DNA of 64,000 nucleotides from Camelus ferus. Its lineage: Eukaryota. Each line of letters starts with the position of its first letter. Within the stretch, counting starts at the first letter, position 1. Below, one piece after another: positions 50,616 to 64,000 of the stretch. The notes under the pieces were generated by a model. The model saw nothing but the letters and a program-made list of their open reading frames with translations. It was not told the DNA's origin and searched no databases. A program made the position numbers and the translations under genes. The stretch is taken from positions 22,198,001 to 22,262,000 of the forward strand of contig NC_045697.1 of NCBI RefSeq assembly GCF_009834535.1, written 5' to 3'.

Positions 50616-51424
50616 ACCTCAGATCAGCAAAACCATTTCCACATGGACCGTTGACCTTAAAGATTAGAAGATACTACCTTTTTTACCCAGTATGATTTGA
50701 AACAGCAAAATCATAGATTCAATTTGGCATTTGTCTATAGTATTTTAGAGTTCACTGTACTTTGGCAAAAGTGTACTTTTGTTAAAGTGTAATAAAAGTA
50801 TAAGGACATTTTGAGTATTCAGCACAATCCCCTCTACCACCAGATGTGAAATTAGAGCATCTGAAGGCTGAAGGCCAGCTAGAGGCTCTTTCCACTCTAG
50901 AAGAGAGGGTGTGTTTTGAAGTAGGGTGGTCTGTTGTCTACAGTTGATGGTTTTAGTGTCTCTTTTCTACAGGCCCCAGGCTACCTCCTCATGTTCTCTG
51001 TTTCCTGATTTTTAGTTTTATCTCTAGAACAACATAAAGCATTCCTTGACTCTATACATTCTTTGTTAGAAGATCAATGGAAAGGCTTATTTTGTCTAAA
51101 TGTTTTGTTGGTTGTGTGTTTTTATCTGTGTGTGTGTAAACACACTTCATAACTGAAATTCAGCCACATTTCCTCATAAGCTAAGAGAATAAACTTGACT
51201 CAACAACCTGATGATTATGTCCTCAAAGCAGGATAGGTAAATTTTATTAATGCCAAGCCAACAGAACTACTAGGGGTTGCAGACTAAGTTCATGCTCCCC
51301 TAACCTAGAGTCTGCACTCAGTTAAAAACCATAGGCTTAGATATAAGCAGAACTTCCAAAGGGATTCTAGGATTATACAGTGTTGCCTCTGTCTCAGAAG
51401 AGCAAATGGCCCGGGATGAATGTT

Positions 51425-51712
51425 TGTTTTTTTAAATAAATCAGTTTTATTGAGATATAATTTGAATAATTAACATCCAGTGAAATGCACAGATTTTTCC
51501 AATGTATATTTCAATGAGCTTTGACAAATATATACATGGATAAAACCACCACCCCATCAAAATGTAAAATATTTCCATCATCTCAGGAAATATCCTTGTG
51601 CCTCTTTGCAACCTTCTCTCTAGAAATATTCTAGAATTTCATGTAAATGGAAGCATACTGATGCTTTTGTGTTTGGTTATTTTTTGCTCAACAAGTTCTG
51701 TATGACATTCAT
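51425..51712 (-). mobile_element. L1MB/L1MC-like 3'-end fragment
   Basis: cagttttattgagatataatt...aatgcacaga...tcaatgagctttgacaaat...accaccaccccatcaaaatgtaaaatatttccatc...tagaatttcatgtaaatggaa. Confidence 0.82.
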
Positions 51713-53059
51713 GAGAGGAAAGGATGCCTTTTACAGCCGAGTGTTGACTTAATACTCATTTGCTGGTAGTTCACTTTCCTTCACCTCACTTTCTCCCACT
51801 CAGGACACAGTAAAGAGCAAGCTCCTTGTTTAACATGTGGAAATCTGGTCACTGCTAATCACCATGGCTGCACTTTCCAGCTTCACAAGTGCAAATCAAA
51901 TCATGGACTCGTGTGTGCCAGAAGCCATGCACTTCTAGGAAAAAGCCCTGGAGGAGCGCAGCATAGCCTGCAACTTACAGTCCAGTCGGCCCTGGCACCG
52001 AGCAGTCCTACAAAGACAGGAACTGCCCCCAAGCAGAGCAACGCTTCAGCTGGCATTGCTTTGCTAGTTACTCACATTTTCATTAGGGCAGGGCAATTTC
52101 CCCTCCGACAAGCTGTTCCCATTTGCTTATGTAGTTTTTTTTTAGCCCAATCAATATGCTTCTTCCTGTTGAAGAAGATGTAGAAATGCCATTCATTGTT
52201 TTGAGCTATTTTTTTTTCAAAAGGTAATTTTGCTTTAAAAAGCAGATTTTAATATTTCAAAGAATAAATAAATGCTATCTGAAGGGCATAAAACAAACCA
52301 GGAATTTTAAAAAGCTTTCTGTACATGGAGCTGAGTAGCTTCTCCTTCCAGAGAGCTGTGTGCAACAGGGAACAAACGGAGCAATGGGAGTAGGAAAGTT
52401 AATCAAAAAGGTAATCATGTGAATCCAAGCGGCATTCCCTCTGCGACTAGATACTAGTGTTCCTGACTGACAGCGTGCTCGGTGCTCAGCGGGTTAGGAT
52501 GCTAAGGTTTCCATCAGCTGAGTGTGCAGCCTGTCTCCGAGATGGGGAGATGCACTCAGTCATTCATATCATTTGGATATATGCAAGTGTTTCAGGCTTG
52601 ATTACTATTCATATGTTTGTTTGAGTGATTGTTTCTTTCTTTCTCCTTGAGTTTTATTTTTTTTAGGTAAGAACAGAGGGTAGCAAAGCCTAACAATGCC
52701 TCCCCTGGTAATCAAATTATTAAAGTAAGAGCAAAGAGTCAGATAGTCGAGTCAGATAGATAATCAGACAGATAGTTAAGTCAGATAGACAAGAGTCACA
52801 AAGAACTCTTCCCTACAGAAGTGTCTAATCTCCTTTTGATATTGGCATGTCGCATTGGTGATTATTAATTACAATGACATGGAGAATATTTGAGTTTTTG
52901 ATGAGTAGTGTTGAAGTAATTTATCAAAACCGTCATAGACATGTATGTATGCATGTGAATATGTATGTGTGTTTCATATTTATGAATAGTTTATGCATAT
53001 TGTTTCACACAGAGATTTGTAAATTGACTCCTATATTAGTTTCTTGGGTGCATGGAGCA

Positions 53060-54420
53060 TGTTTGGATGTGGACCTTAAAGAGTTTACTCTTGGGGGAGA
53101 AAACGACACAAAAATAAATATGATGTTCAGCCAAGTGTAATTACTGATGTAAGAAAAATACAGAGACTATTCAGTGATGGCTAGCAGGAAGAGAAAAGAT
53201 TGTTTTCAGCAGAGTAACTCACATAAAGAACTTAGTGCAAAATATCTGGCTTAAAGTGGTGTGAGTTCCTTGTATTGTCTTTGTGGCAGGGGATTAAACA
53301 GACATTCACAGAGTAAGTGGCATTGACCTCCAGGGGTTAAAAAAAAAGATAGATTTGAATATATGAACATTGAGAAAAGGCTTTCCAATAGGCAGGAATG
53401 GCTTGGAAAGGTGGACAAGGGTGAAAAAAAACCCACTAAACTTGTGTCAACTAGTATTATTGAATAGTAGTATTGAATGATCACAGGGCACATAAAATAT
53501 TGGAAAAGTAAAATGGGGCCAGATTATCCAAGGTCTTGTACAGCAGCTTAAGACAACTAGACTTTAACTTACATGCAGTGGTGGGTTATTGTACAATTTT
53601 CAGCTTTAGAAAGACTAATCTGACAGCTATAGACAGAACAAAGTGGAATGAGGGAAGACAGGAGGAGAAAGGCTATTTAGAAGGCTATTACAATATTTCC
53701 ATTAGAAAAGCACAAAAAGTATGAATCAGGGTGGCAGTATCAGAAATTAAGAGAAAATTACATATAAGAAAGATAATAAAGAAGTAAAATATGCAAAATG
53801 TGAAAGCTAACTTGATGAGAAGACAAATTAAAAGGAAGTTTCCAAGAAAATTCTTGGAGATTCAATGACCATTAAAACATTCACAGAACAGAAAATAAAG
53901 AAATGATTTATGGAGATACACGATGTATTTAATTTTTGGCACAATATTTGAAGTGCTTAAAATATTTTAAACATAGGTGGACGACCAGGAAAATAGGGAG
54001 AAGGTGGGAAATAAAGAATTAGGATCTAAGACAGAGATAAATTTAGAAATATAGATACACAGACCATGCCTATGGAAGTGATGTTTTAAAGCCATGGAGT
54101 TGCTGAATCAATTATTATAGAGAAGAATAGAAAAATACTATGGAGAACAGCTAAGCTCTAGTTGTGTGGGTGGGGGGGTGGAGGTTAAGGTCTGACACAA
54201 CAGAAACAGTCAGAGAAGGAAAATCAAAAAGTGTGATGTCACGAAGGCCAAGGAGTTTTCAGAAGATTAAGAGGCCTGCACAAGCTACCAAGTTTATAAA
54301 TTAGACCCTTGTACACCTTCAGGGGAACAGCCCTGGCAGGGTAAAGGCACAGGTCACAGCATCAGCAGCTTGCGATCGAATGGGAGACGAGAAGATAGAG
54401 ATTGTTGGCTGTAGTGTATG
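53060..54420 (-). mobile_element. Long degraded L2 LINE fragment
   Basis: ccttaaagagtttac...ggggccagattatccaaggtcttgta...tttagaaagactaatctgacagc...tagaaggctattacaata...aaagccatggagttg...gtgtgatgtcacgaaggccaagg. Confidence 0.7.
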
Positions 54421-57400
54421 CTTCTCTAAGGATGTCTGATCATAAGAGAAAGGGCAGAAGATGGCAGCTTCAAATGGAATTCATGCCTGGAAACAGCACT
54501 CTTTATAATAGACAATTTCTGTCTGTTTAAATAAGTAAATAAATAATAACAGTGCCCGCCATTAAGACATAATAATGAGAAGCTATATAGAAAATAACAG
54601 ATTCCGCATTTGAGGGGCAGGAGTGGCAAGAAATGAGCAGGTTGTACAGAAGGCTGAGTGTTCTCAGCATTAGCAAAGTGGATTCTAGAATTTTTGTTCA
54701 AGTCAGTGCAGAGAAAAGCCAGAGGGTATAACGCTATTGGGACACATTTTAAAACTGTACCTTTTTTTTACATCAATATGTTATTAACTTCACATCCCAC
54801 TTCTATACAGATAATGATCTGTGACAAAAAATATATTATGCCTTTCTCTTTCTTCTCATTTTCTTTCTTAATTTAATTATCAACACATAACACAGACTAA
54901 CAAGACACTTTGTATATTTTATTACTATTTCTATGTTTCTTCATTCTAGGGGCCCAAAGACTCTAAATCTTGTGTATTTTATGTAAATATTTAAAAGATA
55001 ATAATCATTTATTATATCCAGGATAATAAATTACTACCATACCTGTAAGCTACTGAGTAATTAATTACTAATTACGGAGGGTGAATCAACAAAAACATGT
55101 TAGTGTTCTTAGTAAAATAAGTTGATGTTTTAACAAACAATTATAAAAGAATCTCTAAATTAATTGATTATTTTCAATAAGCTTGGAGTTGTTTCTTTGG
55201 AAAATAAATATAATTATGAGACTTATTGTAGCTTTTTTCACTTTTGTTTGGTTTTGGTTTTGGTAAGGTTAGTTACTTTTACATATTTGTTCCTTTTCCG
55301 GAGCTGAAACACAACTGAACAGAGGAAAAGCAGTGGGTTTCTGGTCCCTCACATCTTTGCCTCAGGTTGAACATCCACTTACCAATGTTTGGGGAGTCAC
55401 CTCTAAGCATATTATTTTTGCTTTTACCTCTTACTTGTCTATTCTATGGCCTAAAAGGAATCTAAATAACCAGGTAGATTTTTCAGGAAGTAAGCAGCCT
55501 ATAAATGAATGATTTGTAATTTCCAAGCAGTTTTTGAATTTGTTCTCACACAGGGTGACACATAGGAATTACTGTGACCTTAAGAAAGAAAATCCATTTG
55601 AGCTTTTGACTCTCTTCGTCCTTTCTTAATTTTTTATTAAGATGATTTCCAAATGGAATCTCTGAATCTCTTTCTTTTTGTTAAAACTTAGCCTGCTTTT
55701 CATTTAAAAAATTTTTTGGTCTTTTTTTTTTTTTTTTTGGTAGGTTTTCTTTAGGTTACGACAAAGCTGTTTCATAGGTATTTGTATTTTGATTGCAAAT
55801 CTTTTATGATGTTAGACTTAAGGAAAAACTCTATGTTGCATGTATGTGTGTGTGTGTCTGTGTGTATTCAGGGGACAACATAAAGAGCCAGGAGGCACTC
55901 TCACTCCTAGGAGCATAAAGGTTCTAGACCAAAGAACTAGATCAAGAGTGTCACAAAACATGCCAACAGGCTATTATATTCTCTCTGTTAGAAGTCCTGG
56001 CATTCTAAGCAAATGATAGGCTCATGTAAATGATGGTAACATGTTTAGAATCTTTTGTGGAGTGCAATTCCAGATTTGCTATAGGTTGGTATGGATATTT
56101 GCTATTAAAACATTTTTGGTTCAAACCCTCAGTACCAAGCCATATAATACTCTCTATATGTTCCATTATTGCAACACATCCTTCCTATGGTTATGGAAAA
56201 CCTAACATTAAAGTTCTGTATCCTTGCATTAAATTTTACAGTATTATAAGGCTTCCTTTTGAGGAAAAGTTTGAAGAATCAATGTGAATAGTTCTTTCAT
56301 TTCATTTTCTTATAATTGTAAAAATAAAAGGCAGGGATTCTAGAATAAAGGAAAAAACATCAATTTACCTGCAGAAGTCTTGGATAGGTAGCTGGTGTCA
56401 AATTTCAATAGCGTCCTCAAGAGGGCACTGTCACCTGTTTTACAGAGCTTATAATTTGTACCTTTTATTGATAAGAACCCTTGCAATACTTGAAGAGTGT
56501 TTTTAATCTATTTTTATCTGAAATGCTGTCTATAGCAACCCCCACCTGTCCAGGGTTACATAGCAGGGGTTAACTTATATACCAGCAAGCTCGCAACTTT
56601 TGACTGGTTTTACACCAGGAACATTTCCTAGATTGTTCCACCTACCGAGATAGCTGCAACTATATACATCCTAGCTATCAATTCATCAAAAAGTATTTTT
56701 AAGCACCTCTTTATGCTTGCTATTTGTACAATTGATATGTGTAGATAGCAAAGTTTTGGCTATGAGATGTGAGGCTTAGACCTGCTTAATAAAGCACTTT
56801 GGAACATCTCCACTTAACATTGATTCTTTCCACTTTTTTAAATTAAGATATAGCTTATAAGTGATTTTACTTTCTATAACATATATATACACACACCATG
56901 CTTGATTCTGGAGTCAGACTTCTTGGGTTTAAATAGCATCTCTACTGTTTAGAGAATGTGCATATGCCAAATGACTTCTCCTCTTGGGTTGTTATGAGGC
57001 TTACATGATACCTATATATATAGGTAACATTAAGCTAATTTCATTAGTATTACATATTTCAAAAGTTCTCCATTGCACTTGCCGTGACTCAAATAATCTA
57101 ACTTATAGTTTGTGTAAAATGTAGTTGGTCTATGATTATTTAAAATGTTTAATTTTTTGAAAATATATATAATACTTTTAATTAACTAGGTAAAGACTTT
57201 AAAACTACTCAACTTTTGAAGGCATTCTATATATATGTACATATATTTACACATATAAACACACAAACACATATATACAGTTTTGTGGAAATTCTGTTCT
57301 AAAGTGACTTGAATTTAATTGTTCAAAGAGGCAAATCCTTTTGAATTAAGTATTCCAAAGTATCATGAGTTAAATTATTCTAGATAAATTATTTTTGTTT

Positions 57401-60364
57401 AAATGGTACTTATATCCATCATATTAAAATATTTTCTTTTCAAATATTATATGAGGGGAAAAATTCTGATATAATTTTTAGTTTTGCACAGAAATCGCTG
57501 TAAATGTATGTGTTATAAATCCAACATAAGAATTTATAAGCGCAGACACAAATTATGTATTATTGATATAAAGAGATAAAAAAGAATGAAAGGACCACAG
57601 TTGCTGCTATATCTCTCTGTACATAATACTGCTTATTTATATTTGATTTTAATGGGATGTCAGTAGTTAAATTTTAATGGTCTCAAGTTAACTAAAATAC
57701 TTACAATTTTTTTTAATTGACTTAATTTTCAAATAGTTGAAGCTTTCTTTTTCCTCTAGATACACAAATACTACATAACAGTAGTTCTAAAAAGCAGATA
57801 TGATGAACTTGAAATGCTCTTGAAGATTAAACTAATGAATAATTTCATGTGGATTTCTCCGCTGCTGTTTTTGAGGACAAATATTCAAAAACAAATCCCC
57901 CCTGCATTGGTACACCATCCACTATCATGATTTCCAAATTTACAAGCATCAGCGTGCAAACCAGTGCCCTCAAACTTGGTCATCATTTACATTTTTTCCT
58001 TCATTACGAGGTTACAAATCGTGGGGCATGTACAGCTGCATCTTTTGGACAAATGCTCACTGTAGTGGGAGCCACTGTCTCTGCCTCTCCCTGATTATCT
58101 AATTACTGTTACTCCATAGGAGTCGAACAATTGTCATTTCTCCCTTCTCAAAAATCACTCCTCAAAATGCACTGATCTGTATTGAAGAGAACTACAACAG
58201 AAGAAAGAGACTGCTCAGTTAATTGATTGATTGTTTGGGTGGCTGCTTGATTTCAGAGCTTCTTTTATGAGTTCATCATATCTACATTTTGAAACCAATG
58301 ATGCTTTTTAAGTTCTAAAGGTCTTATTTAATTGAATGGCTCTCAAAATTGCAAAGGCAAATATGTCAGATGTCTTGACATATACTTCATTCATTTTGAT
58401 CATTTTCTTTCTTGAGGCTAGTACTTATTTCTCTACTCAGAACTAACTTGAGAGACATAGAAAAGTGGTAAGTTCCCATTTGATGGCAAATCTATTTGAT
58501 TTAATCTGTGCAGTGACTTTTTCAATTACCGTTTTAATATTTTTGCCTTAATTTTAAAAAAACACATCATGGTTTAATTCTGGTCCATGTTACGTTTCAA
58601 CGATCAGTTTACATTTTAGAATATTGTAAAGAAGAAGTGATGCCATAACTGCATGTTTGTTTTGCATTTTCTTCCATGTGTTCTGAAATATTACACCTTG
58701 AAGGAAAGGAAAATAAAACTTTGTCTTTTTTCTGCATTTAGTCATTCCCCTTTGCTGCTTTACTTGGATGTTTTGGGTTTCTTACAGCTAGCCTGATTAA
58801 AGCCATCCTACCACGGCTGATGTGATAGGAAACATCACTTACTCTGTCTCATTCAAAAGCTTCCAGATGAACTCCACTCCCCTCCCAAGTATACCGAGGT
58901 ATAATGGACAAATAAAATTATAAGCTATTTAACGTGTTCCAATGAACAGTTTTAAAGATCCATATGCACAGGTAACTTGTGCCTTGGTTAAATATTTTAA
59001 CAATTACACACACATTGTTGCACACTATTTGCACTTTTCTAACCTTTATGCAGTTATCTGTACAAGCATTTGTTAGAACCTAAGTTCCATAGGGAGAGGA
59101 ATGTCTTCATCCTTTTTCACTTTTTCACGTAATTGTCTCTCTACTATTCAGTTTAAGTTTGGTGCCATAATGGGTACTCAAGAAACACTTTCTTGAAGAA
59201 ATGTATAAAATAAAGCTATTGCTGATTACTAAACGCTATTAGATGATGTAATAAGGATAAGAACATCTCAGGAGATTTGAAAACTGAGAGATTAGTGGGA
59301 GATGTTCCCAGATTCCTTAACCATGGCTATATTCAGTCTCCAGACAAGAAGATATATATTTATCAAGTCCAAAAGCATGTTAATAATCAGAGCATTACAA
59401 TATTGGGGAAAACTTAGTTATTCTATCTTAAATAAAGATTGCATCTTACAAAGGGATATAAATATTGACACTGTCTAATCCATGGTAATATAATTATTAC
59501 TAGTCCTTAAGCTTGCTGCCAGTTAGAATTTTTCCATGTCAGTAGAATCCAAGACTAATTTGCTCTGATTAGCAGAGAATTACTTTGAAGACTTTCTGTT
59601 CATTTATGCAAGGACAGACCTGTTAATTCCAACCCAGTGAATTTATATGGGATGCCCACAAAAGTCTTCAGAAGCCTCAAGCTTTTAGTACAAATAGTTG
59701 ATTTTTCCATATGCCAGATACTCAGTTTTTCGGAAGAAAGCATCCCACTGATGCTGTGAAAAAGAGAGGAAAAGAAAGACTTAATTCCTTAAATGGGGTT
59801 GCTGTTTGGTGCTCAACAAAGGAAATGCACTTAACCCAATGCAGTGTGAGCCCTTCCTCCAAAGGATCCAGTAAGCGCCTCATATCAGAATGTTGTCCTA
59901 ACAAGGCTCCACAATGTAAAAGAATGAAATACCCTTGGAGGACAAAAGTATGAGTGAGGAAACAGACGGTGTGATTAGACTGCAAACCAGAAACAGGAAA
60001 GCACGCTGTGGGTGGTTTAATCTTAAAGTGGACTTTTATATTGCCACCTGAACGGGGCTTCAAGGCAAGTAAATTAAAATGAGACTAGGGTAACTAGGAG
60101 CATCAGGCATGTGAGAGACCATTAGGTTACGGATAAGCATAACCATCCCTTACAAAGGATGTCTCTGACAGCATGCGACTCAGTTTAGAGGTGAAGGTTG
60201 TATAGGCTGATAGTTAGGAGGAACCAAGTGTGAAGATGCAAGAGACATTCAAGCCATGAAGGGTAGCCAGGAAAGCGGCAAGCGAGAAATACGCGATGCT
60301 TTTTTTTCTTTCATTTCTTTCAAGTAACAGGGGTAGGGTATAAATTGTTAATACTGAAAGTATC

Positions 60365-60855
60365 TGTTAATTAGATTGCAAGTGACAGAAAACTTGCCCC
60401 CAAATTAGCTTTAATCACAGGGAAATCTATCAGTTCTCAGGTATCTGAAATGTTTGGAATTTGACCTGGCATCATTATATACAAGGTCACATGTGATCAC
60501 CAAAGCCTTGTTTGACTCTTTCTATCTCTTGAGCCCCTTTTCCATGCTCAGATAAGTGATTCCTTTCTGCATTTAAAAGATGGCCCCTGTTGGCCATTTC
60601 AGCACAGTCTCTTGTCTCCAGTGGCATCTCATGGACATACTGGAGCCAATCATATGGATGGGAGAAAGTAATATTCTGATTGGCTTAAGCCTGAGCCACA
60701 TGTCTACCTTAGTACTGGGGATGGGACCAGCTTTACAGAAACAGCAATGGCTAAAACCTGAAAGGGGATAGTTTTCCAAAAGGAAATAATGTTATTTGCA
60801 CTAAAAATATGGGTTGTGGATACTGGTGGCAAAAACACAACAAATGTCTCCTACG
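60365..60855 (-). mobile_element. Old MLT1 (J/I-like) MaLR solo LTR
   Basis: gattgcaagtgacagaaaac...gagccaatca...tctgattggcttaagcctgagccacatgtctacc...ttttccaaaaggaaa...caaatgtctcctac. Confidence 0.75.
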
Positions 60856-61984
60856 TTGGCCAATTACTCAGTAGTTACAGAGGGGCCCGTCCCTGACTGT
60901 GACACTAGGTGCTCAGCACTTCCTTGTGAAGCTCTCTACCTTCAGTCTAGGGTCAGGCTTTAAGAATACGCTTTAGGAAGGAGACTGAGTCTGCCCTCAG
61001 GCAGACTATTGCCAAATCCTGGATTTGTGTCAGATTCACTGCACATCAGTTTCAAAAAACAGCTTATAAAAATATTCCTATTTTGGAATTGAGAGTTGAT
61101 TTTGTAACCACTGCACTCTACTAGATAGCCTGTTTGTTAGACTGACTATATGTGGGTGGGGGTAAATATGAAAAATATTATCACGTGACACAATAATTGT
61201 ACTTGCAATTGCAGGGACTGAGAAATAAAATAAAATTATTGGAAAAAATTAAAACAGATGTACTCTGAAATTGGAAGGACACTCGTTCAGGTGCTATTTG
61301 GTTGTAAATGAGTCTCTTAAATATGATTTATGCTTTATCATGTTTGCCCTTGTTCAAGAATTAGTTTCATAGGCATTAATGACTATAATGTAAGATGAAG
61401 AGGCCTTACAGTATGTTCCCCGTATTTTACTGAAATAATATTTACATAAAGAGAAATGTGAGTTTTGCCTCTTGGCTTTGCTGTTTCTAAGAAGCACATC
61501 TTTATAATTAAATGACCTCTACTTCTATACTCCCTGGACAAAAATAGGTATAATTAGGTAAATAACATTTCTAAGGTGCTTTAGAATTCACAGAACAGAT
61601 TTATATACTGAATCCATTTTTTTAAATCTATACTGTAGAGATTAGAAATGGACACTAATTTTCCAGGGACTTCACTGTCTTGCATTTATAGCCAGGTCCT
61701 CTGCCTTCACATCCTCTGTTCTCTACTCCACTAATGTCTTTCCAGCTGTATTATTTGTGAATAGCACCTAAATCTTAGCCACATAGTTCACATAGTCATT
61801 TATCATTTTCTTTCATTGATTTTTTTTATTGAACCTGCTTCAGAAACTCCAATTCTTTCTTCAAAATACTGCTCACACGCCACTTTTTGTTTAAGGCCTT
61901 CTTCAATCCCCAAGCAAATATGTCTTGTCTATCATCACAGCCTCATTGTACAAGCAGCTGTTAGCGTGTCTCACTCTGTTACAG

Positions 61985-62135
61985 TGATTTCTTTGCATGA
62001 CTGTCTCTCCAACTGAAATGTGAGATTCTTGAAGACAGAGATCATGTCTCGGGCATCTGTGTATCCCAGTTACTAGTGCTCCAGAAGCTTAGCACCTATT
62101 AGTTGAGTTATCAGTGTTTGATGAATGAATGAATG
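61985..62135 (+). mobile_element. L2 3'-end fragment
   Basis: tgactgtctctccaactgaaatgtgagattcttgaagacagagatcatgtct...tgtgtatcccag...tgtttgatgaatgaatgaatg, the classic L2 tail. Confidence 0.8.
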
Positions 62136-64000
62136 GACCACACATACTGAAAACACAGCAGCAACGAGGTGTGGATAGAGTGCCTTGCTGGCGCATACTG
62201 AAGTTAGAGATAAGTAATCTACAACCATAGCGTAATGTCTCTGGATTTTATATGTAGCTTTGTTTTTTCAAAATTTTTCTCATATTGTTAAGTTGCCATC
62301 CTAGAATTACAGCAGAGTTTGGTTCAATTTCTTAATGTAGATATTAAAGCATTTCAATAATGCCCTTTGTTTTAAAATTAATTCTTAACAAGTACAATAA
62401 CACAGCACTAACTCACATGCTTTCCATGGGTAACAACAGAACTTAAACCTTCACAGCATAAAAATAGCAATCTTGAGTTGACACCTCATCAGGTATGCAA
62501 TCTTCTGAAGAAAAATCTTACACTTTGTCTTAAATAGGAGCAGACTTGATCTTTTAAAATCTAATGTGTGTGTGTGTGTGGAGGGGGGAAGTGTTTCATG
62601 GTATTTCCATCACTGAATACAGTTTCAACAGAAAATAGATGACCTCTAGCTCTATGATGTTTAAATATTATGCCTTTCACTTATTCTAATAAACTATTTT
62701 TCTATGGTTTTATAGAAAGAGATGATAATTCTGCAAGTGTCTAAACTAAGTGTTAAGATTATTGCTTTATACACTAATAGAAATCTAATGGTATGTTTGT
62801 GTTTCAGTCCTGAATATAACTGTCAGTTTTGGGTATAAGATGTTGGAGAAGTGCTGATTGGTGTTGGAAGGAATGTGTTCTTGTGCTAGTTGCTTATCAA
62901 CCTTGGCTTAACTAAAAGTGTCCTCACTGTAGAATGATCCCAGGACCAATGTTTGGAGTTTTGGTTAAAATAAAACAGAATTCTATCTACTCTTAGTACC
63001 ATCTCAGAGGTAATAGCCTCCTCACCACTAGACAGTTGAGAACTACACAGAGGAATTCATCGTTGTTATACTGAACATCAACAAGTTATAGATTCTTGAA
63101 ATTTGCCAAATGTCTGAGGAATTTTTTTAGCTTTATGGAGAGGTGGTAGGCAATCATTGCAATGATTTCAATCCAAAGACCATTTTGCAAAGAAAAGATT
63201 GAAAAATATGTCTTTTTTTTGAGGGATATTAGAGTCCCAGTTCTCTGGTCTTTGCCCTCAAGTCACTCTTTAGGAAATAAAAGTATAATAGTGACTGGGA
63301 ATCAAAAATCATCACAAGCACGAATGATTCTGAAAAATCTCTCCACATATGCAATTATAAAAGGACCTTTGTTTCTGACACACTGTAAACTTTGTTGCGT
63401 ACGATTCACAGCTGGTGATGCCAGAGTCTGACTGCATGACTTCTCATAGGATCACTTGTGTCAGATTGAATATCAGCCTCTTCTAAGGGAAAGAAAAAAC
63501 GAAAGTAACATCATCAAACCATATCCCTTCAGAATAGAGATTTTTATAACTTTTTTTAACTGAATAATTTTTCTTTTCTTTATCCTTAACTTTTTTTTTC
63601 CTGTTAAGTAGGTAAATGTTATGTTCTGACTGCTATCTGTCCTTCAGGAGTTGAAGTCCTTTTTTTTTTTTTTTTTCTTTTCACCCAAGCTCTGATGGCT
63701 GTTTGTGAGAAATCATTTTCCAGATCCCTCTTTGCAATAGTTAATACCTTTTCTGTTGGTAATTTATGGTCTTCTTTATAGATGCTAAAAAGTGGGTATG
63801 ATTTACAAAAGCAAAAGAGAAGCTATGCACTCCCTTTCATTCTCACTCTCCCCAGTGTTCACATGTGCTCTCTGAGTCTCTTCTGCTAATCTCACTTCTA
63901 CAATTCAGCTTACCTATCACCAGGCTACTCCTCTGAAAACAGGAGTCTCAAAGCCACCCAGCCCCACATTCAAAGTTCTCCACCCACTGGTCCCACCCCC

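Noticed and set aside
63900..63945. Minus-strand 19-nt exon-like segment (ttttcag|AGGAGTAGCCTGGTGATAG|gtaagc)
   Set aside because: Short pyrimidine tract, frame-shifting length, at the window edge; consistent with chance.
1..64000. All ORFs in the supplied six-frame track
   Set aside because: All are 119 aa or shorter, many start at TTG/GTG, many are translations of microsatellites or TE UTRs, and none resembles a protein I recognise.
1..64000. Prokaryote-type systems (CRISPR arrays, operons, IS elements)
   Set aside because: The sequence is clearly mammalian, with no regular repeat-spacer array and no long ORFs.

Overview
AT-rich, CpG-poor mammalian genomic DNA that looks like part of a very long intron or a gene desert. 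None of the supplied ORFs is a credible protein; they come from microsatellites, TE fragments or chance. Two tRNA-derived SINEs resembling camelid vic-1, young L1 3' ends, and no recognisable Alu/B1/Bov-tA/PRE1 copies suggest a camelid genome (inference). Old eutherian repeats are scattered throughout (MIR, L2, MER3/MER33/MER5A/MER20, MLT1, L1M). Family names come from my recollection of consensus sequences, not a database search, and old-repeat boundaries are approximate. Best leads: (1) a 27-nt + strand microexon candidate at 2956-2982 with neural splicing-type motifs; (2) an 80-nt hairpin with a perfect 24-bp stem at 5722-5801; (3) a polypyrimidine-AG|GTAAGA recursive-splice-like site at 52666/52667 beside a five-site GATA cluster; (4) nested TEs, including an L1 apparently inserted into the target-site duplication (TSD) of an older L1; (5) several repeat-free blocks that may be conserved non-coding elements. 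I could not identify the host gene and found no evidence for a new multi-component system.
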